Assembly: GCA_029261065.1 (NCBI GenBank)
Contig: JAJDCB010000012.1
Span: forward strand, 13,430-77,429
Source of the DNA: Candidatus Omnitrophota bacterium
GTDB lineage: Bacteria > Omnitrophota > Gorgyraeia > Zapsychrales > Zapsychraceae
DNA: 64,000 nt
Direction: 5' to 3'
This document shows, piece after piece, positions 21,946 to 30,748 of the stretch. The position numbers and the translations under genes were made by a program. The notes beneath the pieces were generated by a model. It worked only from the letters and a program-made list of their open reading frames with translations. It was not told the DNA's origin and did no database searches. Positions within the stretch are counted from its first letter, which is position 1. Each line of letters opens with the position of its first letter.

Positions 21946-22506
21946 TTAATATTCACCTTGTAAACCCCTCTTCTCTCGTCGGGCTTCTTGGTAGGCTTGT
22001 CTTAACTGATCAGCATACTTTGTGTTGGGTTGAACGATGTGAAGATTGGCGTATCCTTGGCGTAGGATTTCAGCATTAATGAGAGTGTCTTCTTCCGTAA
22101 AGAAAACATAGGCGATGGGAATAAAATTTTCGTTTTGTTTCTCAGCATCAAATTCAAGACGAACATGTTTGCCTTTTAGGTAATTATTTGTAAATTCAAA
22201 GGCCTTCTCTTCAATCGAAGTATAAGGCGTTACCTTCTTTTTTACTTCAAAACCATATTCACTGCGTTGTACTTTTTCTTTTTTAGGGGCTTCTGGAGCT
22301 TTTAGGCCGATTAATTTTATCTTCTCTCCATTCTTAAAGTTATTTTCGATAATAATGGTATCAGCACTAATAACTTCTTGAACGATAACATCTTTGTATT
22401 TATTATCTGTTTTGAAGAAAAAATCAAAATTGCTTTCCGCGTATCCATAGTTACTTGCGGATAATAGGATAACAATAGTTAAAATTTTTAATCTTAAAAT
22501 TGTCAT
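21946..22506 (-). CDS. exported thermonuclease (SNase)-fold protein with degenerate active site
   Basis: Signal peptide; VISADT, LIGLKAPE, INAEILRQGYA, ARREKRGL. Confidence 0.8.
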   Translation of the reverse strand: MTILRLKILTIVILLSASNYGYAESNFDFFFKTDNKYKDVIVQEVISADTIIIENNFKNGEKIKLIGLKAPEAPKKEKVQRSEYGFEVKKKVTPYTSIEEKAFEFTNNYLKGKHVRLEFDAEKQNENFIPIAYVFFTEEDTLINAEILRQGYANLHIVQPNTKYADQLRQAYQEARREKRGLQGEY

Positions 22507-22522
22507 GGGAGGAGAAGATTAA

Positions 22523-22599
22523 TGGTAGCGGAGAGTGGAATCGAACCACTGACAACACGGGTATGAGCCGTGCGCTCTAACCATCTGAGCTACTCCGCC
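22523..22599 (-). tRNA. tRNA-Met (CAT), elongator type
   Basis: GGCGGAGTAGCTCAG...CACGG-CTCATAC-CCGTG...GGTTCGATTCC...CTCCGCTACCA; full cloverleaf with encoded CCA; lacks the initiator GGG/CCC anticodon stem and C1 mismatch. Confidence 0.95.
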
Positions 22600-22632
22600 A
22601 AAATTAATAGTAAATAAATTAAAAATCGTGTG

Positions 22633-22661
22633 ATTTTACGTTAAAGTGCTAGAAACTTCAA
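22633..22661 (-). promoter_or_regulatory. sigma70-type promoter for tRNA-Met
   Basis: TTGAAG-17 nt-TAAAAT on the minus strand. Confidence 0.55.
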
Positions 22662-22700
22662 GCCTTTTTTTGGTATGGGGTAGAAAAAGAGTTGAAACTT

Positions 22701-23012
22701 TTAAGTAAACATAATGATGTATAAAAGCATAATAATAGCTGAAAAAGATAAGAGATAGAAGTCGTTGAAATAAAAGAAGTCCTTTACTTTCTCAGCGGAA
22801 GAATAGTCGATCTGTGCATTTTCTTGAGTAACTTTACCCGTATTTCGCAAATTTAACACTTCCGCTTTTTTAAGTCTTAAAAATTTGTCAGCAATTCTGT
22901 AGGCTTGCAGTTTTCTTTCTTCAATCAAATCCATGACTTTTTTTTCTGTGGTCGCTAGAATTTGAGCTGTTTCTCGGACAGATATATATTGGTTGGTTGT
23001 CATTGTAGCCAT
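22701..23012 (-). CDS. excisionase-like HTH protein with C-terminal TM anchor
   Basis: YISVRETAQIL...LIEERKLQAYRI...LRL; hydrophobic C-terminus FYLLSFSAIIMLLYIIMFT. Confidence 0.8.
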   Translation of the reverse strand: MATMTTNQYISVRETAQILATTEKKVMDLIEERKLQAYRIADKFLRLKKAEVLNLRNTGKVTQENAQIDYSSAEKVKDFFYFNDFYLLSFSAIIMLLYIIMFT

Positions 23013-23040
23013 ATTTTATTTGTCATCATCAGCGTTTATA

Positions 23041-23559
23041 TTAATCCATTTCACCCGTTGAGGCCCAACTATCAATTTTACTGCGTTCAAATTTCCAATC
23101 GCTCCCATTTCGTGTGGCAGGTATCTTTCCTGTTTGGGCTAATTTTTCAATCTCATTTAAATCAATTTCTAAATATTTGGAAACCTCACCCATGTTTAAA
23201 AATCCTTCGGTCATTAAACAATGTCCTTGAAAAAGGGCCCCTTCAACAATGTTTAGTTTGGGTGTAGATATATCGCCTTTAAGGACGGCGGTAGGCATTA
23301 AAACTAACATTTTATTGGCGTTGATGTTTCCCTTTACGTTACCAGCAATAACAATATTATCTCCAGAGATGTCGGCTTCAACCTTAGCGGTATTCCCAAT
23401 AGTAAGCGTTCCTTTTGTATCGAGGCTACCATTAAATTGACCATTAATTTTTAAGTTAACGGGATCACTAAAAGTTAAAGAGCCTTGCATCTGAGCATTA
23501 ATTTCAACACTTTTATTATCTTGTTCCTCGTTTTGTGTCTTTCGAGTACGCAATGCCAT
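23041..23559 (-). CDS. bactofilin fused to a C-terminal excisionase-like HTH
   Basis: Beta-helix repeats (LKINGQFNGSL, VIAGNVKGNI, LKGDI, IVEGALFQGHC) then FLNMGEVSKYL...GKIPA...WKF; GGAG RBS before ATG 23559. Confidence 0.85.
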   Translation of the reverse strand: MALRTRKTQNEEQDNKSVEINAQMQGSLTFSDPVNLKINGQFNGSLDTKGTLTIGNTAKVEADISGDNIVIAGNVKGNINANKMLVLMPTAVLKGDISTPKLNIVEGALFQGHCLMTEGFLNMGEVSKYLEIDLNEIEKLAQTGKIPATRNGSDWKFERSKIDSWASTGEMD

Positions 23560-23575
23560 TTTTTCTCCTCCCTGC

Positions 23576-24025
23576 TTACGGAACATTTTTAAATTTTTCT
23601 CCTAATTTTTGTTCAATAGAGCGGACACCAATTAAAACAAAAAAAACGGCAATAGAAACAATGACAGACGCTGCATAATTACCTGCTCCTACAGCAATGC
23701 CAACCCCAGAGACAATCCAAAGTGTTGCTGCTGAGGTTAATCCAGAAACCTGGGATCCTGCGCGAATAATGGTGCCAGCACATAAAAAGCCTATGCCGGT
23801 AACAATTCCTGTAATCATACGGGTTGGATCTATAAAGGTTTCATCTTTGTATATATCAAATAAATGTAAGGAAGTCAATACAATCAAGGTCGAACCTACA
23901 CCAACAAGAATATGTGTGCGTAATCCTGCTACTTTTTGTCGAATTTCTCGTTCAACACCAATAAAGGCGCTTAAAAAAATGGATAAGAATATTTTAAATA
24001 TAACTTCCCAGAGATTTTCAGGCAT
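23576..24025 (-). CDS. MgtC/SapB family membrane protein (short form)
   Basis: IGVERE, AGLRTH, GIGFLCAG, GLTSAATLW. Confidence 0.92.
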   Translation of the reverse strand: MPENLWEVIFKIFLSIFLSAFIGVEREIRQKVAGLRTHILVGVGSTLIVLTSLHLFDIYKDETFIDPTRMITGIVTGIGFLCAGTIIRAGSQVSGLTSAATLWIVSGVGIAVGAGNYAASVIVSIAVFFVLIGVRSIEQKLGEKFKNVP

Positions 24026-24998
24026 TTTTTCGGGTTCTCCTTTGTTCGGCATGAAACCCCAAGCCGGCTATCATAGCAGCATTATCGATACAAAGAGACA
24101 TGGGTGGAAAATGGACAGAAATGTCATGTTTTAGAGCTGCTTGATTGAGTTGTTTTCTTAAATCAGAATTTGCAGCAACGCCTCCTCCAACCAACAACGT
24201 TTGCGTTTTCATCTTGAGGCATGCCGCAATGGCTTTTTTTACTAAAATGGAGACAACACTTTTCTGAAAGGAAAATGAGATTTTTGCCTTTGTATCTTTA
24301 CTTAGTGGTGCGTGATCATTTTTGTAATAAAGAACAGCTGTTTTAATACCACTAAAGCTAAAATCCAATGTATCGGTTAATGGTGCACAAGTAAAGGAGA
24401 TATCTGATTTTCTTTTCTGTTGTGCCAATTTATCAATAATTGGTCCTCCCGGATAACCTAAATCAAGAATTCTTCCAACCTTATCATAAGCCTCTCCAAC
24501 AGCATCATCTCGTGTTTGGCCGATGAGTTTAAAGGTGTTAACATTCTTTACATGAAAAAGACTTGTATGTCCTCCAGAAACAACTAAGCCTACCGCTGGC
24601 AATTGAGGAGTTTTGTGATTTTCATCTTTAGTTCTAAGAAAGTTGGCATAAAGATGGGCCTTAATATGGTCGACTTCAATTAGAGGTTTGTTAAGGGCAG
24701 CTGCGATAGCTTTGCTAAATGATAATCCAACGAGTAAAGAACCAATGAGTCCTGGATGAGATGTAACGGCAATGCTATTAATGCGGGATAACGGGATTTT
24801 AGCTTCATCTAAAGCGCAGTGCAGGACATCATTGATATATTGAAGCTGACGGCGTGATGCGATTTCTGGAATAACGCCACCATATTTTTTATGTTGAGAA
24901 AGTGATGAAACAACGATGTTGGATCTAATGGTTTTACCATTAGTGACCACAGCTGCGGATGTTTCATCACATGAAGTTTCGATTCCTAAAACATGCAT
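24018..24998 (-). CDS. tsaD: tRNA threonylcarbamoyltransferase TsaD
   Basis: LGIETSCDET, HIKAH, VSGGHT, GGVAAN, DNAAMI. Confidence 0.97.
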   Translation of the reverse strand: MHVLGIETSCDETSAAVVTNGKTIRSNIVVSSLSQHKKYGGVIPEIASRRQLQYINDVLHCALDEAKIPLSRINSIAVTSHPGLIGSLLVGLSFSKAIAAALNKPLIEVDHIKAHLYANFLRTKDENHKTPQLPAVGLVVSGGHTSLFHVKNVNTFKLIGQTRDDAVGEAYDKVGRILDLGYPGGPIIDKLAQQKRKSDISFTCAPLTDTLDFSFSGIKTAVLYYKNDHAPLSKDTKAKISFSFQKSVVSILVKKAIAACLKMKTQTLLVGGGVAANSDLRKQLNQAALKHDISVHFPPMSLCIDNAAMIAGLGFHAEQRRTRKNA

Positions 24999-25004
24999 AG
25001 AGCA

Positions 25005-26345
25005 TTAAAGCGTCACAGCCTCATCTTTGCTTTCTTCTGGAGCGCTTGTCCCATTAAAGTTTGAAAATACACGAATACCTTTTAAAACGCTAATAGCGCT
25101 TTGAACTTGATTATCACCAAGTAGTCTTTCTTTTGACTCTTTTAACTTTTTCTCTTCGTCTGTTAATTCTATTTCTTTATCGTCTTTTAGTTTTTCATTT
25201 TCAAAGACTTCTTCAATTTTCTCAGCCTTCTCATCTTTCTCTTCTTTTTTAGGAAGGAAACGTTTGACAATAATATCTGGAGTAATACCTGTGCCATGAA
25301 TAGAAACTCCAGAAGGTGTAAAATATTTACTGGTAGTAAGTCTAAGTCCAGAACCATCAGGTAAAGGAATTACAGATTGAACAGATCCTTTTCCAAACGA
25401 TTGGGCTCCTAATATAATAGCTCTTTTATTATCTTTTAGGGCTCCGGCAAAAATTTCACTTCCCGAAGCACTTCCCTCATTAATCAAAACAACAACAGGC
25501 CAATCGATAAGGTGATTGCTGTTTGTTGATTTTGTGACATTGTCTTGAGCGGAACGTCGGCCTTTGGTTGATACTATCGTTTGCCCATCGGGAATAAATT
25601 CTTCTGTGATTTTGATAGCCACATTTAATAAGCCACCAGGGTTATTTCGTAAATCAACAATAAGACTATTGGCATCTTGTTTAATGAGATCATCAAGGGC
25701 CTTACGAAATTCTTTGGCGGAATCTTCTCGAAATTCTGTAAGGCGAATGTAACCAATGCCCTCTTCTAGAATTTGAGTATCTTTAACATCTTGGATATGA
25801 ATAATTTCTCGGACGATGGTGAATTCTAAAATTTTAATATCCTCTTCACGTAAAACTGTAATATTAATAGGCGCGCCAGGTTTCCCACGAAGTTTTTTAA
25901 CAGCATCACCTAAGGTAATATCTTTGGTTAACTCATCTTCAATTTTAACAATCCTATCGCCTGATTTTAAACCAGCTTCCCAAGCGGGGGTTCCTTCAAT
26001 AGGGGTTATGATGGTTAATAAACCATCTCGAATAGAAATCTCTATTCCTAAACCACCAAAACGGCCTTGCGTTTCTGTTTTTAATTCTTTGTATTCTTCT
26101 GGATCGAGAAATTGACTGTGAGGATCGAGTGTAGCTAACATGCCTTTTAAAGATCCATATATAAGATCCTTAGGGGATAATTCATCAACATAATCAGCTT
26201 GAATAGTTGTTAGTGTGTAGCTGTATAATTCGATTTGAGAATATAGATCATCTTTTGTTTTACGATCAATTTGTGAAATAGCCAACGTCGTAACGGATAA
26301 AAAGGCTAATAGAGTTGAAAAGGCAATAAAGTATTGTTTACGCAT
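25005..26345 (-). CDS. ctpA: S41 family carboxyl-terminal protease with PDZ domain
   Basis: LDPHS, GLGI, DLRNNPGG, SASGSEI, FGKGSVQ; AGGAGG RBS before ATG 26345. Confidence 0.93.
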   Translation of the reverse strand: MRKQYFIAFSTLLAFLSVTTLAISQIDRKTKDDLYSQIELYSYTLTTIQADYVDELSPKDLIYGSLKGMLATLDPHSQFLDPEEYKELKTETQGRFGGLGIEISIRDGLLTIITPIEGTPAWEAGLKSGDRIVKIEDELTKDITLGDAVKKLRGKPGAPINITVLREEDIKILEFTIVREIIHIQDVKDTQILEEGIGYIRLTEFREDSAKEFRKALDDLIKQDANSLIVDLRNNPGGLLNVAIKITEEFIPDGQTIVSTKGRRSAQDNVTKSTNSNHLIDWPVVVLINEGSASGSEIFAGALKDNKRAIILGAQSFGKGSVQSVIPLPDGSGLRLTTSKYFTPSGVSIHGTGITPDIIVKRFLPKKEEKDEKAEKIEEVFENEKLKDDKEIELTDEEKKLKESKERLLGDNQVQSAISVLKGIRVFSNFNGTSAPEESKDEAVTL

Positions 26346-27792
26346 GAAGAAGCCTCCTTTTGATAATATCTCCAATCTTTTTAGGATTGGCTTTACCTTG
26401 TGTTTTGCGCATCGCTTGTCCTACAAGAAAACCGATGGCACTTTCTTTACCTTCTTTAATTTGAGTGACTATAGTTTGATGTTCTTGAATTAATTCATCC
26501 ACTATTTTGTCTAATGTACCATCATCAGAGACTTGAGCCAATCCTTTTTCTTTAATAATTGTATCAGCGCTTTGACCAGAATCAATCATCAATCCTAAAA
26601 CATCTTTGGCTGCTAAATTGTTGATGACACCTGAATCAAGTTGATCCATCAGCTGTGTTAAATTTTCTGGTTTTAAAGAAATATTGGCGATTTTTGTTTT
26701 TCGGCTATTGAGTTCTGTAAGAACTTGCCCGTTAATCCAATTGCATATTTTTTTAGTATCTTTATATGTCTTTGTACACTCTTCAAAAAAGCGGCTTAGT
26801 TCTGGATCTTGAATAAGGATGCGTGCATCATAGTCGGAGATTGCGTAATCTTTAACAAGTCTTTCGCGTTTTTCTTGGGGGCCTTCAACAATAGTTTTTG
26901 CTATCTCATCGATAACAGAGGCCTCTATGGTAAAAGGAACAAGATCTGGTTCTGGGAAGTATTTATAATCATGAGCCTCTTCTTTACTTCGCATCGATTG
27001 AGAAATGAGTTTGTTTTCATCCCAAAGCCTTGTCTCTTGAATAATTTTTTCACCGGCCTCTAAAACACTTTTTTGACGTTTGACTTCGTATTCGATAGAA
27101 GCTTTCACGGCTTTAAAAGAGTTAAGGTTTTTAAGTTCCGTCTTAGTCCCTAGCTCAGTCTCTCCAACAGGACGAATTGAGACATTCGCATCACAACGTA
27201 AGCTCCCCTTCTCCATATCACAATCAGAAACATTACAATATTGAAGCGTTAATTTAAGCGTTTGAAGATAATCGTAAGCTTCTTGGGCGCTGCGTAATTC
27301 TGGTTCACTTACGATTTCTAAAAGGGGTGTGCCTGTTCGATTATAATCAACAAGACTAGCATTAGAGGCATTATCGTGGATCAGTTTTCCTGCATCTTCT
27401 TCCATGTGCGCGCGCGTAATGTTAATGCGTTTAAAATTATTTTCTCCAATAGGGATCATAATATGACCGTCACTTGCGATAGGATGATCAAATTGAGATA
27501 TTTGGTATCCTTTGGGAAGATCGGGATAGTAGTAGTTTTTACGATCGAATTTAATAAAGGAATTAACCGAAAAATTTAAGGCTATGGCAACTTTAATAGA
27601 ATAATCGAGGACTTGTTTGTTTAAGACAGGTAATGTTCCTGGCAAACCTAAACATACAGGACAGGTTTGAGTATTTGGAGCTTTTCCAAAGACAATCGCG
27701 CAACCGCAAAATATTTTTGTTTTGGTGGATAATTGAAGGTGAACTTCAAGGCCGATGACTGTTTCGTATTGTTGTTGTGTCGTTTCTGTCAT
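26338..27792 (-). CDS. gatB: Asp/Glu-tRNA amidotransferase subunit B
   Basis: IGLEVH, DRKNYYYPDLPKGYQISQ, RCDANVS, QETR. Confidence 0.98.
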   Translation of the reverse strand: MTETTQQQYETVIGLEVHLQLSTKTKIFCGCAIVFGKAPNTQTCPVCLGLPGTLPVLNKQVLDYSIKVAIALNFSVNSFIKFDRKNYYYPDLPKGYQISQFDHPIASDGHIMIPIGENNFKRINITRAHMEEDAGKLIHDNASNASLVDYNRTGTPLLEIVSEPELRSAQEAYDYLQTLKLTLQYCNVSDCDMEKGSLRCDANVSIRPVGETELGTKTELKNLNSFKAVKASIEYEVKRQKSVLEAGEKIIQETRLWDENKLISQSMRSKEEAHDYKYFPEPDLVPFTIEASVIDEIAKTIVEGPQEKRERLVKDYAISDYDARILIQDPELSRFFEECTKTYKDTKKICNWINGQVLTELNSRKTKIANISLKPENLTQLMDQLDSGVINNLAAKDVLGLMIDSGQSADTIIKEKGLAQVSDDGTLDKIVDELIQEHQTIVTQIKEGKESAIGFLVGQAMRKTQGKANPKKIGDIIKRRLLHA

Positions 27793-27804
27793 GTCTTTAA
27801 TTAT

Positions 27805-29250
27805 TTAAGTTAATTGTGTTCGTTTTTTATGCCAAGGTGTTTGTTGTTCGTAGGTGTATCCAATTTTAAAAAGCATTTGTTCGTCAAAGGGTTTGGCCAT
27901 GATCTGTAGACCAATGGGCAAGCCGGCCTTGGAAAATCCACAAGGTAATGAGACCGCTGGAATGCCACTAAGGTTAGCTGAAATCGTAAAGATGTCAGAC
28001 AAATACATGCTTAGAGGATCTTTGGCTTTCTCCCCTATTTTAAAAGCTGTTGTTGGAGAGGTTGGCGTAATAATGGCATCACATTCTTCAAATACTTTAT
28101 CTAAATCATTTTTAATAAGTGTCCGCACCTTTAAGCCTTTTAAATAATAATCATCGTAATATCCTGAAGATAAGCAGTATGTTCCTAACATGACACGGCG
28201 TTTGGTCTCTTCTCCAAAACCTTGCGCGCGGGTTTCTTCATACATATCAACAAGTTTTGTTTTGCGAGTTTCTGAGGCCATTTTACGTTGACCATATTGA
28301 ACCCCATCATAGCGTGCTAAATTGGAACTGGCTTCAGCTGTTGCCACGATGTAATAAGTAGCAACCGCATATTCGGTGTGAGGTAATGAGACTTCTTGAA
28401 ACGATGCTCCCTGCTTCTTTAAAAGTTCAATGGCCTCATTAACGCCATCTTTGACTTCTGGATCAATACCATCAATAAAAAATTCTTTGGGAATTCCAAT
28501 CTTTAATCCTTTAACATCATTGACTAATGATTGGGTATAGTCAGGAACATCGATGTTAGCAGATGTTGAGTCCATAGGATCATAACCCGCTAAGATATTT
28601 AGTAATAAAGCTGAGTCTGTCATGTCTTTGGTAATGGGACCGATTTGATCAAGGCTCGAGGCAAAAGCAAGAAGTCCATAACGGGACACGCGTCCATAGG
28701 TTGGTTTAAGGCCAACAACACCACAAAATGAAGCCGGTTGACGTATTGAGCCTCCGGTATCAGATCCAATCGCCCAGATCGCTTCATTAGCAGCAACAGC
28801 GGCTGTGGATCCTCCGGATGATCCTCCAGGGACATGGTTTAAGTTCCAAGGATTATGTGTGACTCCGCATGAAGAATTTTCTGTAGAAGATCCAAAGGCA
28901 AATTCATCCATATTGGCATGACCTACAAAAATGGCACCAGTGTTTTTAAGTTTATCAATAACGGTAGCATTATAGGGTGCTGTAAATCCTTTTAGGATTT
29001 GGGATGAGCATGTGGTTTCTTTGTTTTCTATACAAATATTGTCTTTAATAGCGATTGGAATGGGGGTGCTTGCTGTCTCATCAATAGATGACGTCGTATC
29101 TTCTTTCGGGGCAACACGGACATAAGCGTTGACTTTGTCTTCAACTTTATCAATGTGCTCGTATGTCGCATTATACACATCAGAGGCGCTGCACTTTTTT
29201 GCTTTGATGTTCTCTAGAATTTCGTGAGCAGTCAATTCGTTATAATTCAT
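27805..29250 (-). CDS. gatA: Asp/Glu-tRNA amidotransferase subunit A
   Basis: KDNI, GGSSGGS, SDTGGSIRQPA, SSNLARYDG. Confidence 0.98.
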   Translation of the reverse strand: MNYNELTAHEILENIKAKKCSASDVYNATYEHIDKVEDKVNAYVRVAPKEDTTSSIDETASTPIPIAIKDNICIENKETTCSSQILKGFTAPYNATVIDKLKNTGAIFVGHANMDEFAFGSSTENSSCGVTHNPWNLNHVPGGSSGGSTAAVAANEAIWAIGSDTGGSIRQPASFCGVVGLKPTYGRVSRYGLLAFASSLDQIGPITKDMTDSALLLNILAGYDPMDSTSANIDVPDYTQSLVNDVKGLKIGIPKEFFIDGIDPEVKDGVNEAIELLKKQGASFQEVSLPHTEYAVATYYIVATAEASSNLARYDGVQYGQRKMASETRKTKLVDMYEETRAQGFGEETKRRVMLGTYCLSSGYYDDYYLKGLKVRTLIKNDLDKVFEECDAIITPTSPTTAFKIGEKAKDPLSMYLSDIFTISANLSGIPAVSLPCGFSKAGLPIGLQIMAKPFDEQMLFKIGYTYEQQTPWHKKRTQLT

Positions 29251-29531
29251 TCGATCACCTTGGGAACTTTAAAGGAGCCGTTATGTTGTTCAACAGAAAA
29301 CTTGAGAGCCTGTTCTTGTGTAAGAGAAGGTTTGATTTCATCATTGCGATATACGTTTTTTAAGGGAAGAACATGGCTTGTGGGCTTAACGTCTGAGACA
29401 TCTAACTGTTCTAGCTTTTTGACATAAGAGAGGATTTTTTCTAAATCTTTGGAAAATTGAGCTGTCTGTTCTTCATTGAGGTGAATGCGAGATAAACTGG
29501 CTATATATTTGACGTCTTTCTCTGTAAACAT
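29247..29531 (-). CDS. gatC: Asp/Glu-tRNA amidotransferase subunit C
   Basis: DVKYIASLSRI, PTSH, FKVPKVI; directly upstream of gatA. Confidence 0.95.
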   Translation of the reverse strand: MFTEKDVKYIASLSRIHLNEEQTAQFSKDLEKILSYVKKLEQLDVSDVKPTSHVLPLKNVYRNDEIKPSLTQEQALKFSVEQHNGSFKVPKVIE

Positions 29532-29583
29532 GGTTACCCTATTATTCGTAATATTATTATTATTTTAGGAAAAATAAAATCAT

Positions 29584-29612
29584 ATGGTAGCATTCCTTTG
29601 GAGAAATCACAA
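29584..29612 (-). promoter_or_regulatory. putative sigma70 promoter for gatCAB
   Basis: TTGTGA-17 nt-TACCAT with extended TG. Confidence 0.45.
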
Positions 29613-29720
29613 GTAGAAAGTCTTGGTCTGCGGGAAGCTTGTGGCCGGCGCGGGGGCCGGCCAGTACTTGCGGCATTCAAGGGCGTCCTTTCTATGCGGC
29701 ATGTAGAGGCGCGTCTCCCC
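29600..29720. other. GC-rich structured intergenic element of unknown class
   Basis: 66% GC over 29621-29720; nested pairings TAGAAAG/CTTTCTA, CTTG/CAAG, TGGCCGGC/GCCGGCCA, outer GGAGA/TCTCC. Confidence 0.5.
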
Positions 29721-29721
29721 A

Positions 29722-30135
29722 TTAGTGGCAATGCGCGAGTAGGGTGTTTTTTAAATCTTCGGGAATGGGTGTTGGTTTGAAATCTTTATTTAAGCTAACA
29801 AGATGAACTTCCGCTTCAACGAGGATTTTTTCTGATTCTTTATCAATAATGACTTGATCAAAAATGAGTTGGGCTGCTGTTATTTTTTTAAGTTTTGCAG
29901 AACATGAAATAGTGTCCCCATATCGAGCAGGACTTTTATAAACAAGGTTACATTTACGTACAGCATAGAGAAATTTTTGAGTGCGAAATAATTCAAGAGA
30001 CAGACCATGCGCGACTAAAAATTCTGTGCGAGCCTCCTCTAAATATCTTAAATATGTTCCGTAGTAAACAACGCCGCCAGCATCTGTATCATGATAATAA
30101 ATTTGTTTTTCCATGATGGGTATTTTTCTCCTCAT
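29722..30135 (-). CDS. YbgC/FadM family acyl-CoA thioesterase
   Basis: YYHDTDAGGVVYYGTYLRYLEEAR, YKSPARYGD. Confidence 0.9.
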   Translation of the reverse strand: MRRKIPIMEKQIYYHDTDAGGVVYYGTYLRYLEEARTEFLVAHGLSLELFRTQKFLYAVRKCNLVYKSPARYGDTISCSAKLKKITAAQLIFDQVIIDKESEKILVEAEVHLVSLNKDFKPTPIPEDLKNTLLAHCH

Positions 30136-30352
30136 TTATATATTTATATTTATTATTATCTATATTATTTCATCCTTTACAATCATTAAATGATGGAGTT
30201 CGTAGTCAGAAATAGCGTCAATTTGCTTGTGTTACAATAGCTGAAATTTTACTAACAATAGAAAAGGTCGTGTGCTAGAATAAATCAATAAGAAACGATT
30301 TGTGATTGGCAGAATGTTGGCCAAACATAGGTATTGATAATTGACAGTTGAG

Positions 30353-30748
30353 ATGACAACAAATCCGAATTCTGAGCATGAAGACATGAGGTATTTTCCT
30401 CGATGGCTTGTTGAGAATCGAGTTTCCTTTCAATTGCATAGTGATCAAACCGAGTTTGATGGATCAACAAAAGATTTAAGCTGTTCTGGTATGTGCCTGT
30501 TAACAAATGCCCTCCTTCCCCTTAATGAACCCCTTAAATTTTCCATATTTTTAGATGAATCCCTCTCCATTGCTGTATTTGGTAAAGCTAAATGGGTCAA
30601 AAGTGATGGTCAATTAAGTCAGTTTGGGATCGTTTTTGAAGATATTCCGCAGGAAGATCAAGATTTAATCCTTGATTATGCTTTTGCTTTTAATAAAGAA
30701 GAACTTCTTAATCATTGGTTCAAAGGCTGGAACGAAAATCCCTCCTGA
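30353..30748 (+). CDS. stand-alone PilZ domain protein
   Basis: RxxxR (RYFPR) and DxSxxG (DLSCSG) motifs, KWV, FGIVF. Confidence 0.85.
   Translation: MTTNPNSEHEDMRYFPRWLVENRVSFQLHSDQTEFDGSTKDLSCSGMCLLTNALLPLNEPLKFSIFLDESLSIAVFGKAKWVKSDGQLSQFGIVFEDIPQEDQDLILDYAFAFNKEELLNHWFKGWNENPS

Noticed and set aside
20933-22599. CAT-anticodon tRNA near tilS as tRNA-Ile2
   Set aside because: The acceptor stem GGCGGAG and overall sequence fit elongator tRNA-Met; it lacks the C4-G69/C5-G68 pairs used by TilS
22523-23559. Integrated element or prophage (excisionase-like HTHs beside a tRNA)
   Set aside because: No integrase, no att duplication seen, no compositional shift; the HTHs are fused to a TM or bactofilin
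29600-29720. 6S RNA, SRP RNA, T-box or HDV-like ribozyme
   Set aside because: No matching 5' arm for 6S, no SRP domain IV motif, no T-box sequence, and only a simple hairpin rather than an HDV pseudoknot
29534-29780. Short ORFs on both strands over the GC-rich element
   Set aside because: They overlap the thioesterase and the predicted promoter, lack a recognisable domain, and are explained by stop-poor GC-rich sequence
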